64,000 nt of DNA, taken from Hemiscyllium ocellatum (lineage: Eukaryota). The DNA is taken from positions 434,001-498,000 of the forward strand of contig NW_026867476.1 of NCBI RefSeq assembly GCF_020745735.1, given 5' to 3'. Under the pieces are notes generated by a model, which searched no databases, was not told the DNA's origin, and saw nothing but the letters and a program-made list of their open reading frames with translations. Shown piece by piece: positions 1-13,069 of the stretch (its first letter is position 1; every line of letters begins with the position of its first letter). Made by a program: the position numbers and the translations under genes.

Positions 1-62
1 CTGACTACATGTACAAAATGAGACAATTGTGAGCTGAAACAACAAACAATTTTTCAATTTAC

Positions 63-114
63 CAGTTAAGAAAGCTGCAGCGGTAACAACAAAGTAAAAA
101 TTAACCCCAAACAT
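63..114 (-). CDS. Leader (signal peptide) exon of a TCR V segment; its V exon lies left of the window
   Basis: Minus strand ATG..ACT G|GTAAAT gives MFGVNFYFVVTAAAFLT+G: 52 nt, phase-1 donor. Same length and 3' end as the leader at 47522-47573, and the upstream flank is similar. Confidence 0.6.
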
Positions 115-317
115 ATTTGCAGAGAAATCATGACGGATCTGAACAGAATTTTTTTTTTCTGAAATGGGTATTTGTCAAGAAATGAGATGATGCCTGATAT
201 CGATCTCCCTGCTGATTGATTTGTTCTGGACCAACACAAAAGGTAACATCTAATACAGTGGCAAAATCATTGTTTTGCACAAAAAAACTGCTCAATACGC
301 CTCTGTTCTGAAAATGG

Positions 318-325
318 TGACGTCA
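318..325. promoter_or_regulatory. Perfect CRE palindrome TGACGTCA upstream of the V leader
   Basis: TGACGTCA lies about 200 bp 5' of the ATG at 114. CRE-like elements are typical of TCR V promoters. Function is inferred. Confidence 0.35.
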
Positions 326-519
326 GAAAAATTGACGGTGGAATGGCATGATATTGAAACATAATTTTTGCTGCTGTTGAAATTAGTCCTCCCTCCTCAT
401 TAGAGCAACTATTCTAAAACGTGCAAAACAGAAAGCATCGCTGGTATCCCTCTGTATAACAATGTTGAAATTATTCTCCAAAATGGATGTGGAACTATCC
501 AAATGTTGGATCTTGAAAC

Positions 520-1520
520 ATGTTCAACCTGTTCCTTGTTTTCTCAACAAGTCTCCTTTTGCTTCACTCAATCTTTCACCACTTATTCCCTCTTCTTTCC
601 TCAACATCTTGTTACTTCAATTATATTTCTGTCCATTCGCACGTTGTTCCATCTCGTTTACAACTGTCTCTATTCATGTCTAGCTTATTTCTGCCTCCAT
701 TTCGTTTTCAGACACCCTTTCTAAATCCTCTCCTCTCTTTTACTACATCTTCATGATCTCTTTTTGCGTTCGCTCTCCCCTACCCTCTTTGTTCAATTTA
801 TTTCTCACGCCCTTTCTCTCTGCGCTTATCCATTGCAATGTTGTATTATCTCCTTTAATGCGATTAAAAGCAATCTCACTTTCAAGTTTTGTTATTTTTT
901 CTCTCTCTATTCTTGTCTTTCTCACTGTCTTTATGTTTCTGCATATGTCCAACCAACTCTGTCGGTCACTCTCAGTCTCCTTTAATCTGTGTGTTTAAAT
1001 CATCCTCTCCCGAAGATTGTTGCATTCCTTTTAATGCTCCTCTACATGATATCTTTCTGTTTCTTTTCTTGCCTCGTCTTGTATCTTTCTTTCTCCAGTT
1101 TCGATCTCATTATCTCTCATTATCTTATTTAATATCAATTTATTTATCTGTCCCTCTTTGCAAAGTTCTCCACGTATATGTCCTGTGTTTGTTCTCTGTC
1201 TCTCGCTGTTCCTCTCCCTCAGTGTTCTCTATTCCATATGGTAATTCACTCTTTATTTACATATTTATTTGTCTTCTCTCTTGGATATCTGTATTTCTAT
1301 TTTTCTCTCCTCTGTTTTTGCTGTCCCTTTCTCTACTTCACTTTAGGTCTGACAGGCATTTTACGTTAACCACTGTTTCATATTGCAGTTTTATGTAGTG
1401 TCTCTATCTCTCTGTTTATCTTTTTTCCTTCTTCTTTCTCTTATCACGCGTGCCTCCATGTCTCTTCATTGCCAAATTGTGCTGTTTCTTCACATGGTTC
1501 TTGTCTTTCACTCCATATTC
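520..1520. repeat. Pyrimidine-rich (TC) low-complexity tract
   Basis: Strong T/C strand skew with ctct/tttc runs; produces spurious F/L/S-rich ORFs. Confidence 0.6.
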
Positions 1521-1917
1521 TGCTCTTTGGAGACAAAGCACTCTGTCCAGCTCCGCTGTTTTAATGCAGCCTTCCTGGCGTGTGCAACATTGTGTCATGT
1601 AATGAAATAGCAGGAGTTTGTATTTGCACGGAAAAAAGACGGGACATGACTCTTCTGCCAACTAAAAAAGCTGATAACATTGGTCGTGCTGCGTGGTGTG
1701 TATACGTTTCAATGATGTGTAACATGCTGACCTCTGACGGGGATGGACAGAGCTCAAAATGACACAAAACAGTAGATAGTCCAAGCTTGTACTTTCAAAT
1801 TACCTTGTTCTGCAATAACCTGGTGTGGCACGATTTGTAAATATGTTTAAACGTTCAGTATCTGCTCCACAAGGTATGGTCTCTCTCGGACAATTAATAA
1901 TTTTTGCCTTGTTGCAG

Positions 1918-2220
1918 GTACCAATGGCAAAGACTCAGCATTCCAGGATCAACACGAAATCACAGTCTTGGAAGGACAAAATATTCCCTTGAACTGCAGT
2001 TTCTCGATAGCGACTGTGAGAACTGTGTTCTGCTGCGTTCAGCATTCTGTGACATTGTGAGATATTTCATAAAAGCTTACAGACCCGGAAAGGGAGAAAT
2101 GCCGCGAGACTTTCAAGACAGGTTATTTGGTGTTTTGTACAAAGGAAACAAAGTGTTTCCTTTATATTTCTCTCTGGTTCTTCTCTCCAACAACGCATTG
2201 CATTTCTGGGCCATGGAACC
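1918..2220 (+). pseudogene. TCR alpha/delta V pseudogene
   Basis: After the gttgcag acceptor: GTNGKDSAFQDQHEITVLEGQNIPLNCSFSIATVRTVFCCVQ.. then stop/frameshift, then RYFIKAY..DRLFG..LSNNALHFWAMEP (WY and YC eroded). Followed by GAGATTG, 8 nt, ACAAAAATG, a broken RSS. Confidence 0.75.
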
Positions 2221-2250
2221 GAGATTGCTGTAAATACAAAAATGTATTTT

Positions 2251-2491
2251 GATTAGATTCCCTACAGTGTGGAAACAGGCCCTTCGGCCCAACAAGTCCA
2301 CACCGACCCGCCGAAGCGCAACCCACCCATACCCCTACATATACCCCTTACCTAACACTACGGGCAATTTAGCATGGCCAATTCACCTGACCCGCACATC
2401 TTTGGACTGTGGGAGGAAACCGGAGCACCCGGAGGAAACCCACGCAGACACAGGGAGAACGTGCAAACTCCACACAGTCAGTCGCCTGAAG
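2251..2491 (-). mobile_element. Shark tRNA-derived SINE (HE1/V-SINE type), 5'-truncated
   Basis: The reverse complement has the V-SINE core (GTTTCCTCCGGGTGCTCCGGTTTCCTCCCACAGTCCAAAGATGTGC) and a CR1-like 3' tail ending GGGAATCTAATC. Confidence 0.85.
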
Positions 2492-2970
2492 TCGTCAGTA
2501 TCTTGAGTTTTCCCACTGCTGTCCATGCGAGGTAGGTCCCAGAACAATAAACCGAGACAATGATGAAAACCCAAGGATGAGGGTCACAAAATCATCAATG
2601 AAATCAGAAAAAGAGCACTGAACCAGAACATGTCAGAAACAAAACCGAGAAATTAGGCTTCTTCTTCATTTCACTTGCAAATACTCAAAAGTAGACTTCA
2701 TTACATAATATGTGACACATTTATGCATATTTTGTCGTGTTATCATCTTTAAATACCTTTGTAATTTACTGTTTATTTTCATTTCACAAAATAGCTGTGA
2801 GGGGAGATTGTTAGTGACTAATGAAAGGAATAATACAATGGCTAAGTATGTGATAATAAAGCGTGGCGTGTGAGGTAGAGGACTCCGACATAGCAGAGTT
2901 ATTGCGCTAACATCATTGAACTTGAATAGGAGTCTCAATTGCTGCAGGGTCCACAAGCAGAAAATGTGTT

Positions 2971-3118
2971 CTTAGAGTCATACAGTCATAGAGATGAACA
3001 GCATGGAAACATACCCTTCGCTCCAACCTGTCCATGCCGACCAGATATCCAAACCCAATCTAGTCCCACCTACCAGCGCCTGGCCCATGTCACTCCAAAC
3101 CCTTCCTATTCTTCCAAC
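2971..3118 (-). mobile_element. CR1-type LINE 3' end fragment
   Basis: Begins with the tagagtcatacagtcatagag tail followed by the typical CR1 3' UTR. Confidence 0.55.
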
Positions 3119-4439
3119 TTGGATTTCGCGTGGGCACTGCAGGAAGCCTGAGAGAAAGATGTTGGCCAGATATTACAGTGGTGTAGTTCCATTATACATC
3201 TATAAAATACTGAATTGTACTGAATTGCGCCCATTTGCAACACACAGCAAGATTAAATTCGACCTGCCGTTTTGAGCAATTACAGAACAAGTGTTTGTTA
3301 GATCATTTACATTTGACTAGAATACATTGCATTGCCTGAATATTAATCATGTAAACTGCTCAGGATTAACTTCTATTCCAATGCTGGAAATTACAGTCAA
3401 ATGATATCGGTGTAATATGAAATAATCTCCACTACCACTAGGTTCGTCATTTTCAAGCGCAGCTTTCGTGATAATATCTAAGGAAACTATTGATGATCTG
3501 ATTTTTTTTCAACACTTAAAGGTTATATAGCGATAATTTAAGTCTGTTGGATAATACTTTGCAATTTCCCACAGGCAACTTGATGGCGATCATCATACTC
3601 TTACAATCAACCTCCTTGTAGGAGGATGTTGCAGACTATATCGGTGCACCACCTATTGTTTGCGGGACTTGCATGCAATCGTCACTGGATACATTCTTGT
3701 TGGAGAAATGTCTGCCACCACCCCCCTCCCCCCGCCCACCCACAGCATGACAACAAAGAAGGTCAAAAGCAGGACTACGAAACAAGGAGATCAAGCCTGC
3801 TAACACATACAAAACACCCACAATGCCCCAGTCTTGGCTAAGCAGGCTAACAAAGAAACCAAACATGGCCACGCTCCTCTCAGACCAGAGAATACAGTCC
3901 CCAAGCAATCTTCACAATAAGCTCCAAGCCCGATTAGCACGACAGTCCAATACCCTAATGGCAAGCTCATTTCCCTTGAAACCAGTCCCGCAAAAACAAA
4001 GAGTCAGATCGAGAGGGCTCAGCAGACTTCACTCGCAGGCGGGGCACAGTGGACAAAACTGGATGCCAGAAGAATAAGCATTTACACATATTTGTGTAGA
4101 TGGGAAATACAATGAAGAATCCTCTAGAAAACATTCTCACCTATTCACGGAGATGGCTCAAATCGCTTGTGTCCATTACAAATAAATTGCTACTGCCAGA
4201 CACTTGATTAGTTTCCATTCAGTTTATTCTTGTTTTAATCGCTTTACAATTTTTACGATTGTCCCGTCACTGCTTTACAATTATCACCTTTGTGTTATAA
4301 CCCGAGATAAAGCCGTCTGCACCTTCCATTTGGGGAAGAGCATTCTGGTCATCTGTGCTGACAATCAATTCTGTGTTAGCCTCGACAATTTCTCTTCTGT
4401 GATATTGCTTTGTTTAATAAACTGCTTGTCAATTTAACC

Positions 4440-4789
4440 ACGGTCCTCATTTGTGGTCTCTGGTTCATTAGGCTGAATTTCTCCAACAATCCTGAATCTG
4501 ATCGGTGATATTTGCTTCCATCACAGTGCCCTTTCCGCGACAAATGTCTCTGCACAGAACACTGTCATGATTTATGCCAGCCTAGATAGCTCAGTCTGGC
4601 TGATTGAGGCTTTCGGCATCGACCATTCTTTGGCCATCTTCGAGCCAAGTCTGAAGAGCAAGTACTGTACCAGGAAAATTGCATCATGGTTCAACATAGT
4701 GGTTTGTGTCCTGAGCTTTGTCAACCATTTGCACACCAAATTGTCTATTGCACTTGTACATTGTGGATGGAATGTCCTGGTTCTGTGAC
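4440..4789 (+). mobile_element. Possible Tx1-like (L1 clade) ORF2 C-terminal fragment
   Basis: Translation ..VLSFVNHLHTKLSIALVHCGWNVL loosely resembles the Tx1 region at about 54900-55050. Confidence 0.25.
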
Positions 4790-6935
4790 ACAGAGAAACA
4801 TACGATAACTCCCGTCATGGAGGTCTTATGACTGGCCTCAAAATATGCTGAACAATGAGGACGTCCATCAGGAATGGGATAGATTGATAAACTGTCTGCA
4901 TGAGGAGTTAAGAACGCTGTTGAAAGTTTTTTAAAGAAATGTGTGGACTTATGCAGCAATAAAATGGGGAGGACACATGTAGACTAATGGGTATACTGTT
5001 CCGATAAAACAACACGCATATTGGCTTAATCCTTTCAAAGCCAGACAGGTCCAGAATGAGGTGGAAGCCCTGCTCAATGAAGATATTTCTGAGCCAAGTC
5101 AAAGCAAGTGGACAGTCTAAGTTCCAAAACCTGATGGGATTCGACGATTTTGTGTGGATTATCAGAAGGTCAATGCCATAACAAAAGCACACTCAACCCA
5201 ATACCAAGATTGGAGACTGTATAGAGAACTTTGAATAAGCCAGTTACGTCACTAAATTGGATTTCCTGCGTGGTTACTAGCAGTTAACTTTATCAGAGAA
5301 GGTTAAAGAAATTTCTACGTTTTTAATCCCAAATGTGCTGTAAAAATTCAAAATGATACACTTTTTGAATGAAGAACGCACCCACCAACATTCCAAAGAT
5401 TCATGAACAGAGTTCTGCCATGGCTAACAATCTGTGCAGTCTATTTGGACTATGAAGTGATCTTTCGTGAGTGCTGGGAAGATCACGTGGTAAAGCTGGC
5501 AAAACTCTTTATTGATTAAGAGTAGCAAAACTAGTAATGAACTTAAACAAAACTGAATTCGCGAAAGTAAAGGTGACGTTCTTGAGACATAACATGGGGC
5601 ATGGAAGGATGACACCAAGGAATGCAAAGATGAAAGCCATTGAGGAATCTCCAAGACCAAGATCGAAGAAATAGTTGTTTTAATTTCGAGGCTAAGCGGA
5701 TCCTATCGGAAGTTTGTTCCAAACTTCAGCAGCATAGTGACTCCTTTAACAGATCTTCTGAAGAAAAACACAAACTTTCGGTGGACAGATCGATGCCAGG
5801 AGACGTTTGTCGATTTAGCAGTAATGTTAAGAAACACACCAGTTTTAGCGACACCAAACTTTTGGAAACCGTTCAAAGTTTCCATCGATGCTAGTGACAT
5901 AAGAGTTCGATCTGTGCTGCTGCAGGAAGATGATGATTGGCACTTTGCAAAGAAACTCAAAGTCTACCAGAGAAAATACCTACGATCGAAAAAGAATGAC
6001 TGAGTTTGTGACTGGCCGTACCATTTTAATGTTTATGTCATGAATAATGCGATGGAGCCAGTTGGATCCACGGTCACAATCCTCTTCTATTCTTGGGCAC
6101 TTTAAAGACAAGAATATGAGACTATTTCGTGGAGTCTTATCTTAATTACTTTCAATTCACAAATCGTGCATGTTGCCGGTCATAAGAATGTATTAGCAGT
6201 TGTGTGATCGTGGATTTAACTGTCAAAGTATAGATGTGTTTGGTACATACTCAATGATATATATGGGAGAACGTTAATATGAACTTAGATTAAAGTCATG
6301 TGTATGTCACGGGAAAGTGGTTTTACTAAGCTTATTTGTTATACAACAGATTCGAATTCAACCAATTAGTTTAAATTACGCCCCAAGATAACTAAATTCA
6401 ATCGAAAGTGAATTTTACATTTTTGACACCATTAACCAATGAGATGTTCCGATGTGTTGGGATATAAAAGTCGGATATTTTGAACAGTTAGCCAGAGCAG
6501 CAAAGAGCGCCAACAAACAAAGACTGCCCGCACAAAAATTTTCAGAAAGGTACCTCTTCATGTGAAGTCTGTGAAGCAGAAGACTGAATAAAACACCTAG
6601 GAAAATGGAGAGGAAGATATAGAGAAGAATCGAAACAGCTGACTGGTTTAGAAGTTTGAACTTTTTGTAAAACCTAATTGGGGGTTTTATCGTATTGGTA
6701 CATTGTTGGAGAGTGAGAGGTCGATAAATCAATCGGATATAGAAGACTTACAGAGTAGATAGTTCTTTTTTCACGTTCTCTTTTTTTCTTGGGGTTAAAG
6801 GATAATTTTTCTGTTGAAGTCGTGGGATTTGGTCGTTCTTTGTCACACATACCATACTTTTACAGATTACAAGGCAAGGAGAGTTTTTCTAAGTGTCTGG
6901 AGTAATTTGGCAGAAGGGTTTACCTGTGTGTCACA
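4790..6935 (+). mobile_element. Degenerate Ty3/gypsy (Gmr1-type) RT-RNaseH plus partial 3' LTR
   Basis: PIKQH(A)YWLNP, FCVDYQKVN and PLTDLLKKNTNFRW..KPFKVSIDASD motifs. Clearly paralogous to 62330-63960. LTR-like segment ends TGTGTCACA at 6935. Confidence 0.8.
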
Positions 6936-7200
6936 ATCCATTGTACTGCTGTTCAGCATATCGCTGGGCTTCCTCATCAATGGGTTATTTCTGCTGCCCG
7001 ACATTTGTTGAGGCATACTTCAGCGACTAGGGCTTCAATAACACAGAGTTCATTTCCAAAGGATGAACAATGTTCAGTAGATATTCAGTTTCCGCAGCAA
7101 TGTCTTCATTTATGCATTATTCCAGAACAAGTTCCCAGACGAGCTCAAGAACTTCTTGGTGTCTCTCTACACATCTCTCACTCGTTGCAAATACTTCTGG
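6936..7200 (+). pseudogene. GPR139-like GPCR pseudogene fragment (TM6-TM7-helix 8)
   Basis: SIVLLFSISLGFL.. followed by sequence aligning to 20510-20760 (..caatgtcttcatttatgc..cagaacaagttcc..). Contains stops and frameshifts; begins exactly at the LTR end. Confidence 0.75.
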
Positions 7201-8685
7201 ATTGTTGTTTTCCTTCCAACAGATGGGCACAGTGAGTAACGCACTCTCTATATAGCTCACTCAAAACTGAATAATTTTGTGCGTTATCACTTCTCTCCTG
7301 GAGATATGAACAGTCAATTTACAGCCCGGATATCCATTGTTGTCAAAGTCATCAGAATATGAGACCACCAGAAGTTGTGTGTTTTTGGGAGAGATGCAAG
7401 TGATCAATTTTTAAGATTTCTAATGATATGAGCCATTTGATTTGATATTCATCTCTTTCTCTCCTTCCCTCTCAGTCTCTATTCTTGTGTGACTCCCTGC
7501 CTTCGTCTCCCTCGTTTAGTCCCAGGACTATTGTGTTCATCGTTTTTGAATCTCAAGCGTTGTCTTTAGCTTTGATGAACAAACCAAATGTGTCCTCAAT
7601 AAAGATCTAGGTAGTTTTCGTTCTGACTGTAGATGGTAGACTCCGTGGCACCGTCCATAAATATCAGACTTAGTTTAAGTGTTTCACAGTATCAGCAGCT
7701 CTAGGCAATTCACCTCCATCCACCACCAACAACAACCCCAAAAAGCACCTGAAGACGTCCTCCACCTTTTCTGCACTACAAAAAAAAATAATTTCATGAT
7801 TCTTTTACTTTACGTTCCGTTTTATGTTACACAAGGCAGTCAGAAATGAGTCTCTGCATGGTCTTTAGACCATTAACTATGTCATACATTTGCCTGATAC
7901 TGACTTTCATTTCTCTCCTGCTGTGTATACTCCTAATCGAAGATGTACACCACCTAATGATCGATTTCGAGAAATTCGATGTGTTAACTTTCCATCACTG
8001 AAATGTTGCATGTTTGCGGCTTATTCTTTATTGTAAACTATATTACCATTGAGAGAAATTTGCCGTCCTCCTTTCTAAGTATATTTTAACTCATGTCTGC
8101 GAGCGTGTAGTATATTCTTGAGCGTTGAACGACACTGGTAAGTCTATTGCTCACTCTTCATGCTCAAGTTGAGCTTAGAACCACGGAACTTCCAGCGTTC
8201 GTATTGCGTGAAAATGGAATGGAAAGGTTGACATTAATTTCTCATGGACATTGCGTGGAGTCGAAAGGATAACGTTGCTTTCTCCCCACAGTTGATGCCA
8301 GATCTGCTGTGCTTTGCCAGCTAGTTTTGCTTTGTGTCAGATCTCCAGCATCCACAGTTCCTTGTTCTATTACTGTGGTACAGGTCATAACAGGAAACCC
8401 AATAAATAATTCTTCTGATGATATCATCTAAAGATTCTGAAGGTAAGACTTTGGTAAAATCCATAAATATTGTTATTTGCACAGTTGGCCCAGTCGACCA
8501 ACTTTAACTATTTCTGTGTTGCATCTGAAACCACAACGCACTTTATCGTGACACCTGAGACACACAATTGAAAATGGTTCCAACATACAAGAGGCATCCC
8601 AGCTCGCTTGTCAATCAGGACCTTTCCTGCTGAAGTTAGTTAAAACAATAGGAAGACTGTCAGAAAATAAAAGAAATTGGACAAT

Positions 8686-9011
8686 CATAGAATCACGACA
8701 GTTTGAAGAATGTCATCCGGCCCATCGAGGATATGCCAAACCTCTGAAGGGCATCCCACAACCCACACACAGTGCTTCTCCATTGAGTGATATATTTCGG
8801 AATAGCTAACGCTATCCACCTAGCCTACACACCCCCAAGCAATGTGGAAAGTTACTTTAGCCAATCCATGAAACATGCACAACTTTGAAATGTGGGAGGA
8901 GTCCAGGCCGCTTGGAAGAAAGCCACACAGACAGTCGTCTATAGATGGAATCAATGGAATCAAGCCCAGGCCGCTGTGGTACTGTGAGGCAGCAGTGCTA
9001 AACACTGAGCC
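8686..9011 (-). mobile_element. V-SINE with tRNA-derived head
   Basis: The reverse complement starts GGCTCAGTGTTTAGCACTGCTGCCTCACAG (A-box like) and ends in a CR1-like tail. Confidence 0.7.
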
Positions 9012-9392
9012 AAAAACCACCCAACTGCAACATCTTTATATGTTCCATTACGTTGGCAACAACGTCTACCTTTAATCAGATTATATTATTGTGAAACTCC
9101 TACATTATCAGAACTTAGCTGGAAAATATTTGTCTCTGTTTTGTATGGGACATCAATTTCAGCCAAACTGTATATTAGGCGGGAGAACATGAATTTGCGT
9201 GCAGTGAGCTGTTAAGATCTGGACTGTATGAGCAAATTTTTCGTCGATAGGAATAATTTTTAAAAAGCCTTTCAATTATAATTGTATAAGCATGTGCATA
9301 GAAGAGGTTAACGGTGCCAAGTCTATATAATATATGATGGATAGTAAATCATTCAGTTATAATTTCAGCCAGTAGACACATACAATTACAGA

Positions 9393-9545
9393 AAATAGTC
9401 ATAGGAGTAGATCATGCAGGTCCTCGAGTCTGTTCCACTATTCAGCGCGGTCCTGACTGGTCATGGAGGTGAATGCAATGCACACATCTCACCCTCCTCC
9501 CATATCCCTTGATCCCTTCAGAGACAAAAATGAATCTCGATCGAC
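9393..9545 (-). mobile_element. CR1 LINE 3' end fragment
   Basis: ..cataggagtag..gtctgttccactattca..catatcccttgatcccttc: typical reversed CR1 3' UTR. Confidence 0.5.
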
Positions 9546-12500
9546 CAAAGGAGAGAGTGTGAGAGATAACGAGTTTATCTATGTGAGAGAAAGGTTGTGA
9601 GATTGTGCATGAAAGAGAGAGAGGAGGCAGCATATGGAGGGCCGAATGGTCGCTGTACTGTTCTTTGCAAATATCTCCTTCCATGCATAGCTATGTCTTT
9701 TAGTGCGGAGAGAATACTGGGAGATGTTGCAATTCCTCGTGTCAGTTTAGGTCTGTATATTTCACCGTTTCTCAAGTTGAGCCGTTGATGTTGAACACTA
9801 ATGGTAATTACCTTTGCTGATTCTTAAGTTTGTGAATTTTAACATTCCAACTCGTGTCAAAAGGCACAAATGGCAGGATGAAAAGTAATATGAAGCATGC
9901 CCACTTGTGCAAAATATAATGTGCCACATGCTGCATCCGGCAATTGTGTGCTTGATCTTCACATGCCTCCAATGTATTTTGAAAATTCAGTGTTCATCAC
10001 GTGTCAACTAAATGGCTTTTCTTGTCCTACTAAAAACTTTCACTAGTGAAAGGCTAACGTGAAATGCCGTTGTAGGATTCAAATATATGCAAGGAGAATA
10101 TTGCTGTCGCTTTCACATTGTAGCCACCATCAACAAATGGACGGTGATAAAGTTCGTCAGAGATAATGCAATGATCCCACCAGCGAAAAAGGCGACTCAA
10201 CCAGGGCTGGCCCCGCTAAAATCCGAAAGATTCTCTGTAATACCGCTCCCTCTCGTTCAACCCAACATCGAGATATTAATACAGTGAGGTTGAATGACGA
10301 TGACAAGTACCTGGCCTTCTGTATTTCGAGAAAGACGTCCCCCGATTTACACATTTTTGGCTGTTAACATAGGAAAAAGAAACAACATTTTATTTTTGTT
10401 ACTTCTCCACTGAATGAGGGCGTCGCTGGTAAGGCCATGTTTATTCTCCATCCCTAACAGAGGTTACTAAAGAGTCAACCATATTGCTGTGGGTCTGGAG
10501 ACACATGTAATCCAGACCAGGTGTGGATGGCAGTTTCTTTCCCAAAACGATATCAGTGTACTGGGTGGGCTTTTAATACAATCGACAATGGATTCGTAAT
10601 CATCACGAGATTCTTAACTCCATCATTTTAAAATTAAATTCAAATTCTACCGTCTGCCAGGGGGTACATACTGTGTGCCCAGACATTTCACTGGATCTCT
10701 ATATTAACAGTCCAGTAGTGAAGCCACGAGGTGGTCTCATCCTCGCCTCCACCAACATTCCCTGATGAGGTTCAATCATGTAATTCAGGAGTGGAATCAG
10801 CGTACCACAGCAGATTTCGGAGTGACTGTGTTATGTCTGAAACTAGCCCTCAATTTAGGATGGAAAAACATGATTCATAAGTAACTGTTCTAGGTTGTAT
10901 ATTGTCCTTCCAAAAGAATGAGAGTCGACTGGAAAATTTGGTCAATAACAACGGCAAATACTGAAGAAAATGGTTCATGACTGACAGCATTCTAATGAGG
11001 AAGAATGATTCAACTAAGGAGTTAAACCAACCATGTTTAAGTCAGAAAGCTAAAGATAAAAAGGAAATTTGAAACGTACATGGAGAGAGGTTAAGAGGTA
11101 AGAAAGAGGATTGGAAAGACATGTTGAAAATACAATGGAAAAGGGAGGTGGACTGCAATGAGCTAACAAACCCCCATCTAATTCTTTAACAAGTTCGTGA
11201 TCTTTCTGTATGAGGTTAATGTGTTGAATATGGAAGGTGGATACAAAGACCAGCCAAACTCATCATGCTGTACGTCTCTCAGATACAGAGGCTCCTTTAA
11301 AACAGCACTTCACTGATGATGAGAGCTCCATGCAGCCTTTACACCCAGCCAATGGTTCCTCAGAGATCGGAACACAATGCAGGAATGCATATATGTCACA
11401 TTTCGATGAATGAAAATGAAGTGAACAGACTCTGTTGTTTGATGAATTAAATCAGAAGAGGAAAGTGGGATCTGTGATCTTAAGGTGAAATAGAAATAAG
11501 AAATCTTCTCATCACGATTTGTTAAAAATGCAACTGAGTAAACACAAGCGTAGTCGTTACTTTTCAGAACTGTAAGCTTCACTCAACACAAAGGCATTAA
11601 AGCTATCGAAGAACCAGGAACTGGAACATACTCGCCAAAGCACACTCACCATGCCGACTTTGAATCTTGTTATGATTCTTGCACAGTAGCCAAGTCAAAA
11701 TCCTGGCTCTCCCTTCTTCGTAAATTTGCGATGTTACCAGATTGGCGTTTGGTAACATCGTGATAATATCACCGGCCACGCAATCCAGTTGCTTACATTT
11801 GGTCTGGAGAGGTCATGGACCCACCTTTACATCTGAAGGTGTTTGATCTCATATTCTCAGACTTTGGACTTGAAGGCTAGTGTCTGGAAATAACTGTGAA
11901 ATTCTCATTTGTATGCTTTTGCCAATGGCATATGCAACTGCACTGAATTCCTTGTTCCGTTACTCAAACCATCTTGCAATGAAGTCAAAAATGTGGACAT
12001 ACCAGATTAGGTTCCATAATCCAAATATATATGAATTCTGATTACGCGGGGTTGCCCATCTGTGAAACAAACAATTCTTCTTACATTTTGCCAAGTTAAT
12101 CTATTTGCGAGTCAATGGTTAAGAGAGTAAGGCAGAAAATTGGATTTTTATAATCATTAATAGTCCCAACGAAAACCAAAGTCCCAATGAACTGAATGAG
12201 CAACCTCTGCTCCTACATCTATTGCACTCTGATGATTATTGATAAAATTTTATTCGATAATCATTGTCATGAAAAGTTAACTCTCTCCAGAGTTCTGCTA
12301 CTGATTTTACATGTGAATGTATCGATTTCATGCCACTCCTGCCCTCTGATAGCAGCCAGTTACGATATTTTTCACTATGTTCAGAAAATGAACAATTTTG
12401 CGTTTGAGAATCATAAAGATATACGATAAGGAAAGACAGCCTTTGGCCCAATTTATCCACGACAACCAGATATCTCAAACGAATCTACTTCCACTTAAGT

Positions 12501-12555
12501 TATCCGTACAGTTGCCTATTATAAACTGTCATGGCTGTTCTTTTCATCTTCGAGT

Positions 12556-12718
12556 AAAAAATGAGGTCTGCAGATGCTGGAGATCACAGCTGCAAATGTG
12601 TTGCTGGTCAAAGCACAGCAGGTTAGGCAGCATCTCAGGAATAGAGAATTCGACGTTTCGAGCATAAGCCCTTCATCAGGAATAAGAGAGAGAGAGCCAA
12701 GCAGGCTGACCCGTCCAG
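12556..12718. mobile_element. Penelope-derived pseudo-LTR repeat
   Basis: aaaaaatgaggtctgcagatgctggagatc..gcagcatc..cgacgtttcgagcataagcccttcatcagg. A related copy is at 63675-63843. Confidence 0.65.
12648..12683 (-). ncRNA. Minimal type I hammerhead ribozyme motif
   Basis: RNA AUUC-CUGAUGA-A-GGGC-UUAU-GCUC-GAA-ACGU-C^GAAU: intact core, stem II GGGC/GCUC, stem I AUUC/GAAU, palindromic ACGU stem III and a GUC cleavage triplet. Confidence 0.65.
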
Positions 12719-13069
12719 GACCTTTCACTTCTTCTATAACAAAAGAGTTATTCGGACTGCGCAGAATGTACTCAGTCCTGAGAGATGCGAAGTCCCAAGT
12801 GTGTCCTTTAATCTGCAGAAGCGATTTCACGAGACTCGAATATGCAGAATCCGGAATATCTCCTCAGTGAGTGCATTTCAAAATAGGATTCTTCTTTTCT
12901 TCAATTGTCACCATTGATCTTTCTGGAACTTAAATGTCCGGAAGTGAACTGCTGACAAAGAATGAAAACTTTAAAAGAAGGATAAAAAAGGTTCATTGCC
13001 ATCCAGACTTACAGCAGATGATTCATCTCACTAAGATTTCCACTGGCAGCTCCGACTCACAAAGCAGTC

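Noticed and set aside
462-1610. Cluster of overlapping hydrophobic ORFs
   Set aside because: Artefact of the TC-rich low-complexity tract; no domain pattern.
8093-8680. Possible leader relic and V relic (..TLS*..WFQHTRGIP)
   Set aside because: Needs several frameshifts, has no FR3 or RSS, and cannot be distinguished from chance.
10100-10340. Hydrophobic stretch on the minus strand resembling a TM exon
   Set aside because: Flanked by stops, with no TCR/Ig TM motif and no splice sites.
11650-11883. Symmetric 234-nt phase-1 exon-like segment on the minus strand (ttccag..GTGAGT)
   Set aside because: Two in-frame stops and no recognisable domain; a translated homology search would be needed.
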